Of a stretch of 64,000 nt of DNA, positions 12,920-24,021 are shown one piece after another. The notes below the pieces were generated by a model. It saw only the letters and a program-made list of their open reading frames with translations, did no database searches and was not told where the DNA came from. Position 1 is the stretch's first letter, and each line of letters begins with the position of its first letter. The DNA comes from Eutreptiella sp. 'Long Island Sound 2002' (taxonomy: Eukaryota > Protista > Euglenida). The DNA is taken from contig OZ038378.1 of NCBI GenBank assembly GCA_964036045.1, positions 55,986,001 to 56,050,000 of the forward strand. The letters are read 5' to 3'. The position numbers and the translations under genes are program-made.

Positions 12920-13049
12920 TCTCCTAGCTTACGGGGATAACGTACTAGCAGGTATGGTGACTGGAGGCCCAAAAATGGCGCTTCTGCAGACAAAGGAATA
13001 TATATAGCGCCTGTAGACCGCTAGGCAGGCACACCAACGCAGTGTGCGT

Positions 13050-13140
13050 GCCTCACCCGTGTGCCCCTACTGTCAAGGGGATGCGGAGACGCAAGAGCAC
13101 ATTCTATGGCACTGTGCGGCATGGACACACGGGCGGATGA
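13050..13140 (+). pseudogene. Non-LTR (LINE) C-terminal CCHC zinc-knuckle fragment
   Basis: CPYCQGDAETQEHILWHCAAW fits the CxxC...ET..H....C motif at LINE ORF2 C-termini. Confidence 0.6.
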
Positions 13141-16100
13141 ACCTCTGCAGTTCTTGCACCCTGCCGTCCTTGTCGTCTCCGGGGTCCCCTACGATGACTT
13201 TGGGGTCCCCTACGACAACAAGGGCACCCTCGGGTATGGTTCCCTCGTGGGCGGTTGCCACTGAGGGTGACACCACCGACCCGACGTCGTCGGACCCCAT
13301 CAGGGACCGGCGCACGATGTCCACGTTCCCCTCGGGGTCAAATGTGGGCGGCACGCTACTCCTGGGCCACTTCCGGTTGAAGCAAGGCCAGCTGGTTGTG
13401 GCACCTGAGCGCCTCGGGGGTAAGGCCAGCGGGTCCAAAGCCTCCTCTGCGACCATGATGCAGGTTTGGCTGGATCGGGCTCTGGTCGGCCACGTCCCCG
13501 GCTGCTTGGCTTGATTTGGGCACCGTGTTGCCTTTTTGCTTGGTCCTCCCTTGGCTTGCCTCACTGCGTCAAAAAAGGCAACCCTGTCCTGAAATCCTGC
13601 ACACCCTTGGACAGTCACACCAGCAAGGCTGCAACAGCTCGATGAGGATCACTCGGGTGTGCAAGGTGGTGCTCAGTGGCGGATGGACCCGAAAATGATG
13701 GGGTGGGAAGCACATACGATGAACATAAGAAAAGCAGAAATAGGGGACCCTATGTGACGAAAGGATTCACAGTAGGTCACTAAACACAGATGGCAGGAGA
13801 GGTCAGGATCAGGATATTGGGAAGGAGGAAGGTTGCTTGAACCCATATCCAATCCAACCTTCAAACCAATCCAAGGAGTAATGACACCCAAATCTGGGTG
13901 CAGAAATGGCAAAAATAGCCAAAATTGGGTTGAATCCCATGGGTGGCCCGGGCAGCCGATGTTGACCCTGTAGCTCGTGGGGTAGGAGGTGGGACCCAGG
14001 ACTCATACCTAAGTGTGGAACTTAGAATTAGGTCCCGACTCCTCATGGGCCTGGAGAAATGGGGTCGCCATCAGGCGACATGGGGGGCTGAAATTGGGGT
14101 CCAAAATGGGGTGATTTGGCATACCCCAAAATGGGCGAAAAATGAAAATATCCCCAAGGGTATTCCTCCATGATGGCTTGGACACAAAACCTAAGATTCT
14201 ATGTGGGACCCAATGAGTGTCCATTGTGGGCCCACACATACTTGGTTCCCAAAGATCCCCACTTGCCATGGAGCGCACGTTGGCCAAAATGGCAAAATGG
14301 CCCACACTCATCTTGGGTTGGCTCCTTGTGAGTGGGCGCATTGGTCCGCCCACGTGGCAGGTGAGCCGTGGCGACCAATATGCACAAGCAACATACCATG
14401 AGTGGTCCATTGGTCCATGCACCCGGCGTGCACGGGGGGGGCTAAATATGGTGTATGCCGGGCCAAAAATATGTAACATGGCCAAAAATAGCCGAAAATG
14501 CGCACACTCGGGGCTGGGGCAAATGTGGCACGTGTCCGATTTGGACCGGAGTATGTCCTAAATTTGGACTCAAGTCGTTTCTGTCCGACATATCTTTTGG
14601 GCGTCGATCAAACCCACCTAGATTTGGGAATGGTGGGGTTCACAAGTGAGCCCATGATTTAGGATTGACCCAAATCGCCCACAAGAAGGCGTTGATGTGC
14701 CCGGCCCAAGTGGAGTTATTGGCTGGGCCCAAGATATGTTGGGCACCGAAGTATGTACCTTCAAAATATACTTGGGTCATGATGTCAATTAAGCGTATCG
14801 TGGAGAGATGGGGTCGCCACTTGACACCATGACAGCTCAAATATAGCAAAATTGGTGAAAAAAATGAAAAATTGACTTCAAATCCCCACAAAGATAATTG
14901 AGTATCGCCGGTTCGGATTGAGTAGCTGGCGAATCCTTTTGTACATTATGTCTTGACACCAAAGACCTTCGATTCCGCCCTTGGGCTCCACTTGGGGCGC
15001 TTGGGAAGGTTGCATGCGGCGATCCCCAAGTGGGCACGTGAAAAAAAAGAAAATTGCAACCGGCGCACATTGATTGCGAGGCATTGCTTCGGGTGCCATC
15101 CCCACGCATCTTTGGGCGGCGGTTAGGTTATAAATTAGTGATTTGGGCTGGGGACAAAGGCTCCACTTCACATGAGGTCCATTGCCGGGCTCATCTTAGA
15201 ATGGTGCACCCACCAAATGGGCACATGCAATGACCTCAAATATGGCCTACAACCCTACCCATGGCCTTCTCTACCCAGCCTAGTGCCCTAGGACCAAAGT
15301 ATGCTTATATTCTTATGTATCTTTGGTCCTGGAACTCGCATGCACGTGCTTGGGTCAGGAATCGAACCCATTTTGTACGGCCGATTTTTGGCGTGCATGC
15401 TCCAAATATGGCCATGTGTGTTGCATACCACTTATTTGCATGTATCGGGCATATCATGTGATATGCCCCGTGTGTGTGTGCATGCAAAGAGGGAAGTTGT
15501 ACCAACTCAACGTATTTTTCCACGTACTCGGTCCCCGAGTACGTGGGATGGCTCAGTTTTTGGGTCACACCAAAAATGGACAACCCTTTGGGCACATAGA
15601 GTTGGGATCCAATGGGCTCATAATGGGGGTGATGGGGGCAAACACCCATCAACGGTGCCTATGAGGCACTTTAGGTCGCTTGTAGAAGCTTGCACGCGCA
15701 AATCGCTTGTTATAAGACATGGGGGGCGAAAGCGCACTCTGGGGATTTTGGTTCAAGGGAAAAATCGGCGAGGCCATGCGGTTAGTCAGGAATTTAACTG
15801 TGCACAATCGGGTGTGTGTCACAGTGTGAACTTATGAAAAAATTGCTTTATAAATTTGGCTTCGCAAAAACCTCGGCACAAGCAACACTGTCATTTGCGA
15901 CCGCGGCGACTGGCGTCTGTGATAAAATAATAGGTATGAATTGCCGCTGGTGCAGGCTGATTCACAACTGATGCATTGATTAATTGCCGTCGCGAAGCCG
16001 CACAAAATACAGGGTCCGCGGCCGAGGCGTGCCTCATTCTGCGTCAGTGTCTGTCTGCCCTGGCTCCGGCTCTCGTTATGGTCTAGAACTAGAGCTAGCG

Positions 16101-16449
16101 GACCGAAGAGGCGCCACAAGCGCACACAACATGCCTCGGGTACCCCGCTATCCCCGTCGCGGTAAGATCATTCTGACCATCTGCCGATGGGCCTAAACGC
16201 GTATGATGTCAACCAAACTCTGGAGTCGCCGGGAGAGAGGGAGTACAAAATTGCCGCAGGTCACACCACAGACACACAAGAGCACCTAGCGGGACGATGA
16301 TCAATCCAGTTGGGGCATTGCATAAATATGGTCCGCTGCTAAAACCCATCACGCTCCAGCTGATAACACGTGCCACACTAGTGCAGAGTGTGTGCCGCAG
16401 CTGCATAAAACTACGGACCCTTTGGACCGCCTGGGGTGCTGCACCATGT

Positions 16450-18050
16450 ACTCATTGTCCGAGCATATGTATAGCACATAATCCAGCGGAGATGGATCCC
16501 GAAACAAGCATGACGGCAACTTCACGTGATAGCGAGCACAATAGGAAACAACCAACCGAGGATCCTGCCGCATGACCGATGCCATGACCGCCTGAAGAGA
16601 AAAATAGACGGGAGCACAGACCAGGCCGTTCTCCGCAAGAAAGTGACAGGCTCAAGACGGGTGAAAGACCACTAGTGTGAGGTGCAGATCCATCAATACC
16701 TTCGTGCATGCGCTGTAGCACTAGTCTAGACAACTGCTGGCGAACATGCGCTAGCAAATATCCAGGAGCCTTGGGGGAAGACTCACAAATCCACAGCAGA
16801 CCTGGGGTGGTAAGCAGGACCACCTGGTGACCAAGGAGCGGACACAAAGAGGCCCTCCTCTCACACAACCTGACATCCATCGCAACCGCTACCAAAAACA
16901 TGACTTCAGACAGGCGGATTCGCAAGACCGTGTCCCAAACCGCCAGGATGGTAAAACCCAAGTCGCGTACCATCCACTCCGCTATAGCAAGCACTGCCCT
17001 GCATTGCCTGCCGTACACCTCCACACGGGCACTCACATGATTTTGCTCGTTACCCTAAAATAGTCCACAATACCTGCAAGCAGGAACATCAAAATAGACT
17101 CGCGGGAGGAAGAGTAAAGTGCGAAGGTACGCCGCGTGTCGGTGTTGAGAACGGGGAACGCGGGCATCCTGGCGGATACGCACCTAGGTAGCGACATCAA
17201 ACCCCTTCCTAAGCACCTACTTCCCCAAAGCTGACGCTTGCCCCTGGGTAGTATCATATAGCTTGTCCATAACAGTGTTTATCTTGAACACTACGGACCC
17301 TTGAAAGCAGACTAGACTTGGAGGATCATCAAATACTCCAACAAGAATATTCCAGGGAATAGGATACCGATCAGGGTCCTCCACGCTTTCGTCGCCGCCG
17401 TGTCTGCCTGCCGTTGCCATTCGGCGGCTACACCCGCCCGTGTCTCCCGAGTCATGCTACGCGGGAAGCCGGAACTCAACTACAGACCGGACGACCGGTT
17501 GCTGAAACACCCACTTGACTAGCCCATCAAACCACGTGGCCGTATGCACCAATCTGCTGAAGTCACGGAGCTGCACCGCGGCATTATCACACAACAGGCA
17601 CACGCAACCTTGATACCCAGCACACGCCAACACCGGCAATGCAATCACCTCAGCCAATCACTCTAATGCTGTAGTTGACCCCGTTGCGCATCCAATCCCA
17701 AGAGCCATCCGATTATGAATCTTGTCCCCCGTTGAGAAGATGATCCCTTGGCCATCCTTTTCATGTCCGACGCCCCAATCACCTAGCACATGCCCGGCAT
17801 CGGTGGTTACAAGCAAAATAGGAGCTCGTCCGAGAATGAGTGGTAGAGACATTTCCACTGTAGGACGAACATGCGGAGGGACACCCACATTCTGGGGGGT
17901 CCTTAACGCAAAAAAAAATTGTTCCAGAACCTGTTATTTTCAAAAGAGCCTGCGGACAGTACATGCCTTCACCCCGGTGTTCCCAATTGTTCAACCTTGA
18001 GTCCCTAGCCCCAAATTTGTATAAGCACACAACCATATGATCCTAGCCCC
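16450..18050 (-). pseudogene. Decayed unidentified ORF downstream of the hAT-like transposase
   Basis: Consecutive protein-like ORF pieces (17658-17888, 17457-17657, 17217-17420, 16452-17036) separated by stops or frameshifts. Confidence 0.3.
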
Positions 18051-18201
18051 ACATGTGTTGCATGATAGCATCCGAACCCTACCTCACACCCTGCACAACT
18101 CAACATGAACAAGAGGAATGCCTTTTGCAATCAATTCCAGTGACGCAGCGTTCGACCACCTGAATGTTCCATCGCCGGTGGCATAGCTGATAACAAACAC
18201 C

Positions 18202-19350
18202 CTATAGCCGGTACAACCTCCGGAAGTGCACCCTGACACGCTCCGTAAGCTCACCTTTCCCCCCGCTGACACTCAAACCATGCTTCCTAGAAATGGCCTT
18301 AAACTCAACTTTAGTCCACTCATGCAATTTCCCCCTCTCCATTGCCTGCAACACCGCCTCATCCACATCATACGCAAACACCAACTGCGCGGCAAGGTTA
18401 GAAGAGGTAGAGGGGACAACTGATGGGTTAAGAAGGTCAAAAGAGGAGCTACCTGCAACTTCACCCGGCTGCTCCAAATCCTCGTCCTCAATGTCTTCGT
18501 CCTCACCCTCCAACCCAACCCCATCCACATCGCCAATGTCGGCGTGACGTGTTGCCCTCTTGGGGACAACCCACAAATGCTGAATGTCCAACTGAACCTC
18601 TGCCTGACCATCCTCTTCCAAAGAAATTGGTAAATCCTTGAAAGCAGCAAGCCACCCAAGCAAACCACCACTTTCCACCTCAACCGCATGTCCTTGCTTC
18701 TGTTTGCGCGGGCTGAAAGGGGTCTTGCGCAGATCATCAAAAACCTTAAAGGGCCCCCAATCCCTGGTGCCTCCCCATTGCACCTTACCCACAACGTCTC
18801 ACACATGCGCTCCGTGCTTTGGCCAAAGTCCGTAGCCGTCACGTAGCTAAACACTCTCTCACACGAACACAAGCTTGCCTCAACCCAATCCTCCACTATA
18901 GCACTACCATCCCACCCAGTTCCCTTGAATCGTGTTCGCACGTCTTCAATCAAACTGCGAAGAAACTTTATCCGGCTACCCTTGATGAGGCTACTGCCTA
19001 CGTCAACACCCAACGATTCCTCCCACCCCCGTGGAATGACATGACGCATGGTGGGCAACAGCTGTGTGCATATCACGTTCATCAAACCTTGGACGGCGGC
19101 GACCCGCCCCCCCTTGGTCGCTTGAACTTTCTTGCTTGTGGCACAAACCACAGCAAAAACATCGCAAAAAAAAAAGCCGCCGTGAACTTGAAAAGGGGGT
19201 GCGAAAGTGCATCGAACAATCCCTCGGCCTTCTCCCTACCTCCCACGTCAGCCTCATGGTCAATGTACTCGGGCGGGTGTACCAGAACAGCAGGAAGATT
19301 CTCTAGCACAATATCAAGCTCGTGGAACATAGCTTCCACCCCACGCACAC
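18202..19350 (-). pseudogene. hAT-family transposase C-terminal part with acidic linker and terminal SAP domain (frameshifted, 5'-truncated)
   Basis: LFKFTAAFFFAMFL..QATK, FLRSLIEDVRTRF, SCERVFS..LWVRCNG (hAT dimerisation motif CER.FS...L.i..NG), then WTKVEFKAISRKHGLSVSGGKGELTERV (SAP consensus L...LK..GL..SG.K.EL..R). Confidence 0.65.
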
Positions 19351-19361
19351 CAGTGCGACGG

Positions 19362-19610
19362 GAGAGCGGGGGGCAAAATTAGAAGTGGCCCACTTGTGGG
19401 CAAGGTGGCTGCGAACCCCTACCGCCTCGGGGATCCCCACCGCTTCTTAGCGGGGGGAAAAATCAGAAGTGGCCCACTTGTGGGCAAGGTGGCTACATAA
19501 CGCTTGCCGCCTCGGGGATCCCCACCGCCTCAGAGCGGGGGGCAGAATGAGAAGTGGCGCCCAAAAGAGGGCGGAATTGCTACGTAACTCCTGCTTTCTC
19601 GGCGAGCCCC
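19362..19610. repeat. About 3 diverged copies of the 85-bp satellite unit
   Basis: cagaagtggcccacttgtgggcaaggtggctacataac recurs; same family as 1-680. Confidence 0.9.
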
Positions 19611-20579
19611 AAAAGGGGGGGATAGACATGGCCCACGTTGGGCCGGGGCAAAAAGGCCTCCAGGGGTGGTCCTTAAGGGGGGTCCTTAAAAAAAAAAATC
19701 TCGTCCCTTAAGGACCCCCCTGCCCACATTTACTTGAAATCTCCTGCACAGGTGACGAAAGACACTACCATCGTCACTCACTCCGGGCAAACGGTGCTTT
19801 GGTTGCTCACGCAAGAAAGTTCGTGTGTGCACGCTACGGCAGTCAAGTGCGGACAAAAAACCGGACAAGATATTGAGTTCACATCGTACTAGAAGCCACA
19901 CTAACCCCCAACCCCCCCCACTTCATGGGTATGTGCAACATGTCTACAGCAATACCCCGGGGAAGCAGGAGCAGACGCCGAAGGATATCATTCACGGGTA
20001 TCTACAAATTTGACGTTACATGGGGAGGTAGAGCAGAACCCTTAGCTACTAAGTCCAATATAGCCAGCAAATAGGCCATGATCGCACGGAAAGCCAAGTG
20101 CAGATTAGGCTGGAACTAGTGTACAAAGGCGCGCAATGTCCTAGACCTCTTCATAAAACGGCGAACTAATCCCGGGAACGCCGTGTGGGGTTCTAAGGTG
20201 ATTCGCTCAGGGGCTCCCCGTTGGAGGACGCCACTCCCGCCTATCCACGCCTCGGAGCTAGAGACTCCTGTGAGTCCACTTACCACTTACCACCGATGGC
20301 ATGGATGTTGTGTGTCATCGGCGTGTCAAGGGCCCCTGCACTAAGCCTTGGTGTCACAATTTAGCTACTCAGGGGCGGTAAAAGCTTTAGGCAGCTGCCC
20401 GATGGTCCACTGCGTAGCCGGCCGCCAAACCCATGCAAGGGCGACCACCTTACTTAGGTTTGGGCGGGCCCTAGCCGCAAACTTAGCAAATGCACCAGTC
20501 AGCCGGGGCCTAAAATTCGCCGGTCCCGAACACAGAAGAAAAGGACCCCGTTGAAGGCATGCCGGACACACTACCAGGA

Positions 20580-20775
20580 AATTGGTATTAGGTGGTGGGA
20601 GTGCGGTACCCATGGGCCACTACGGAGGAAATCACGCGTGCATACAAACAACTGAGTGTCAAGGAACACCTAGACAAAAAGACACCACACCGGGAGAAGG
20701 CCGAGGGACTCTTCAAACAAATAGGGCGAGCCAAGGATGGCCTGTTAGACATGGAGGCCTAAAGACAGCACGACA
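20580..20775 (+). pseudogene. DnaJ/J-domain relic
   Basis: WY*VVGVRYPWATTEEITRAYKQLSVKEHLDKKTPHREKAEGLFKQIGRAKDGLLDMEA*RQHD; HPD changed to HLD and two in-frame stops. Confidence 0.75.
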
Positions 20776-22547
20776 CTGACATACAAAGAGGAGGCAGGCG
20801 CTAGCAATGGGTGGTGTGCAGGATGATAGGGGCGCCTTCCCTTCCTAGTGCGGTCGGGGTGGTTCGGGCTCCCGAGAGTGCCTCAGGGTTAAAGCCCTTG
20901 TGTGTTGTGTGTGGGTGTGGCCCTGAGTGTTGGGTGTTGGGTTGGTGTTGGTGCTCGTTGTGCATGTTGTGGATGCCCGTGGTGTGTTGTCGTGCCTTGC
21001 TACGATGTGCCGTGTGCTGTGTGGCACTGCTTTATTCCACTGTTGGCTCTGCGTGCTTGTGTATTGTGTTCCTGTGCGCTGCTCCGCTTTGGTCTTCAAG
21101 CTCCTTTGTGAATTGTCCGGTGTGGCCCCAATGTGCTGTGTTGTTCCGTTGTTGTCTCTAAGTGCATGTGCGTTGCGTTGTTGTGCACTAGTCTCTATGC
21201 TCCTCTATGGACCTCTATGGACCTCTATGGCCCTGCTTCACTCGGTGCGACGGTCCCCCCTCAACACATACGAGAGGCTGCCACGAGTAAGTGTGCTTGG
21301 CGCTCTGGGGGCAGCAATCTGCCTTGCTGCAAGACGAAGACATCTTCTCCCGGTAGGTCACTATCCATGTGCATCAACGGTCGCCATTCCCCATGCATGT
21401 AGCACAATGCACTACACTGCAATGCAAGGTGTACACTGCCACTGCCACGATGCGCACCCTGACCACCAGCATTGTTAGTCCCGGGCAGATGAAGTACCAC
21501 ACTTCCCCCCTTGTCATGCTTGGTGTCCGTGTGTGGGCCAGCTGACAGTCATGGGGCTGGCACGATGATACTTGCTTACTGTGCTTCCATGAATTCCACA
21601 GTCACGTACGCAAAGCGCCATTGCACTGTTAGCACGTTTGGTTCTCGAGGCCTTCTCCCCTCCTGCCTGGGGGTGTGTCTAGGCGCTCCTATTTGTCGTC
21701 GTTCACTCCACCCGTACGAAATTCATTCCCTTTACGCGGATTTCGCGTCCTTGGGCGTGTTGTGGTCCCTGTGCTACGCACACCTACAAACCAGGTCTGT
21801 CGTGCTTTGCCACCGCGGCCACACAGGAGTTGAAGTCTGTTTGCCGCTGCCCTTGTAAACGCACGGTCGTCCCTGTCGCTAGGCGCCCTGTGTTGCACAC
21901 CATAGCTACCGCTATGCTTGTTGCCACTGCCATTGCCGGTGCAACAGCCTCCACATTGGGGGGGGGGGTCTTCAGGTGGTACCCCCGATGCCCTTTCATG
22001 CATATGTGCCTCCGATGCCCTTGTGGCTTGGGCCACTGGCTCACCCCGGCTCGCCGGGCTAACTGCCCAAGCGGCCGTGTGCGACTGCCACCGTTTCGCC
22101 CCCCTTCGCATGCTCTAGCTGCACGAGAATGCAGCCGTTCGCCTCCCCTTGGATGATCCCTTCTGCTGCATTTAGTTCTGCCTTCTATAGCCCCGTGAGC
22201 CACACTCTTGTCCCTGACGGCCACCTGTCTTGGGCAGCTTCTAGCTCCCGTCTCTGCCTTACCACCGTTGCTCTTCGTATTGGAGCACCACCAGGGCGGG
22301 GTCTATGCTACCCAGGGTGGGAGGTATCGTGGAACTAGTCAGCACAGCCAGCACAGTCAGCACAGGGGTCCGTTTAAGGGGGAGGTTGGAGCATGTGCCA
22401 CAGCTCATACGCTGGGTAAAGCACCGCCACAGGGCCACCCAGTTAGGACGGTCAATACAGTGGGGAGCAGTGGGGAGCGTGGTAGGCAACCAGGGTAACA
22501 TGTGGGTGTGCACCATTGCAAAGTGGCGTCCACGGGCCGCGGCTGAC

Positions 22548-22639
22548 GATGCGGGGTACTGCAGCCCAGAGGGCCCACTGCACAGCACCCGCAACCACCA
22601 CCGCCGCCGGGGAGTGATGCCTAGCGGCACAGGCAGCAC
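22548..22639 (-). CDS. Host-gene exon: start of cyclase-like domain 2
   Basis: Acceptor ctgctcacag|GT, phase 1 to 0; GAACAARHHSPAAVVVAGAVQWALWAAVPRI. WALWAAVP resembles the TALWAAHP of trypanosomatid cyclases. Alternative donor at 22560. Confidence 0.55.
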
Positions 22640-23046
22640 CTGTGAGCAGAACGACGACTGTCCTGCTCTCAAATGCTGGAATTGTGTTTCCCCGGTGGCT
22701 TGGGACACGCAACAAACCAGTTCCCCCTCAAAATTCAAACCAGTGTGTGCACCCGGAACTACCAACCGGCACATTACTGCGCCGTCATGGCATCCCCCCC
22801 CCCCCCAACACACACACCACCACCACCCGCAATCGAAAATTGGCGCGCCCGAAGGGTGCCTTTGTTACTTAGGCAACTGTACTTACCCACTGGCCCCTTT
22901 TGGCCATTGAGCAATTGGTTGTGAGGGGGACTTGCCGAAGAATGTTGCCCCCGCACAACAACACCGGGACAAAGCTGCACAGCACAGCACAGTGGGACCC
23001 GGCACAAGACAGGGACCACAGCACGGACCAGCACAGCACAGCACAC

Positions 23047-23107
23047 CGCAGCAGGACGGGTCACAAGGCACAGCACAGTCCACCCCGACCTCCAAAACAA
23101 TCAATCC
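23047..23107 (-). CDS. Candidate host-gene exon (61 nt)
   Basis: Acceptor ccccttttacag|GGA and donor TGCG|gtgtgc; phase 0 to 1 bridges the neighbouring exons; GLIVLEVGVDCAVPCDPSCC. Confidence 0.45.
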
Positions 23108-23507
23108 CTGTAAAAGGGGCCAGGTGGAGGGAAGGGAACACAGGGCCAAACGCACTGCATGGGCCTTAGCACTGCTTTGATACGCCTGCAATTCTCACGT
23201 GCCACATATGCCATACACATGCAATACGCATGAAATACGCACGGGGCTACGAGTCGACTTATCCTGTGTAACGGTGGTCGAAGCATGATCCACATGTACA
23301 TTACAAGCATGTGATACGGCATGTGCATTACATGTGTATTCCATGTGTATTACATGTGCATTACATGTGTATTACATGTGTATTACATGTGTATTGCACT
23401 TGGACGTCACCGTCCAGGGGGCAGACACGCACACCCCATGCCACACACACCTGGCCGTTCCCACCCATGCCCCACCGCGCCGCATCCAATGCACAGAATG
23501 CCAAGAC

Positions 23508-24021
23508 TTTGGCCTGCGTCGCCGGGTCCCCGGGCTCGGCGGCATCGGGGGGCGCTGGCCCATGCACCTGCCCCAGCAGCCGCAGCGCTGCCTTGTCCAG
23601 GCCGTGCGTGACCATGGGCAGCAGGTGGCACACCCGCACGGGCTCCATCCCGCCCTCCAGCGTCCCCACGAACCGCGACACTGCGTGATTCCACAGTGAC
23701 CGGTCTGTCTCCAGCTCCGAAGCCAGGGCGTCAGTGCACAGGATCTCCCCGGCCTGCGCGGCGTCCAGCAGCCGCACGGCCACAGCCACAGGCACGCCGT
23801 AGTACACCATGCGCCCTGTGCAGGGGTCAGGGTGCCCGGCCATGGTCCCCGCGTGTAGTGCCACACGGAGGCCGGCGAAGCGGCCCCGGGAGAATGAGCT
23901 GCGGCAGCTGGGGGATGTGGGGCTGGGCGGGGGCACACCGATGGCCGACGTGTGGAGGTGGTCGTGCAGCCAGAGACCGAACCAGAGGGCGTCAACCGGG
24001 CGTTGGAAGGCGGCGATGAGT
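23508..24021 (-). CDS. Host-gene exon: C-terminal half of cyclase-like domain 1
   Basis: Acceptor cttcttcccctcag|A (phase 2); LIAAFQRPVDALWFGLWLH..GLRVALHAGTMAGHPDPCTGRMVYYGVPVAVAVRLLDAAQAGEILCT. Donor uncertain (23568, 23508 or 23451, all phase 0). Confidence 0.85.

Larger units (their letters stand above)
8425..13020 (-). mobile_element. Decayed Ty3/gypsy LTR retrotransposon, 3'-truncated at the RT/RNase H connection (no integrase)
   Basis: gag, then protease (VDTGA), then RT (SPCFVVPKK, WRLVVDYRDLN, LDLKQGYHQMPL, FVDDIIV), then connection (APLTKLL..LAWTPESEKAFDDMKAAL). Several stops and frameshifts. Confidence 0.9.

Noticed and set aside
12920-13700. 5' LTR and primer-binding site of the Ty3/gypsy element
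   Set aside because: A minus-strand ...TCTACA-GGCGCT junction near 13010-13020 is suggestive, but no second LTR copy exists in the window and LINE-like sequence follows immediately.
22548-24021. Euglenid non-conventional introns
   Set aside because: Some ends fit the CTG-at-minus-8 pattern, but canonical GT-AG sites already give a phase-consistent chain.
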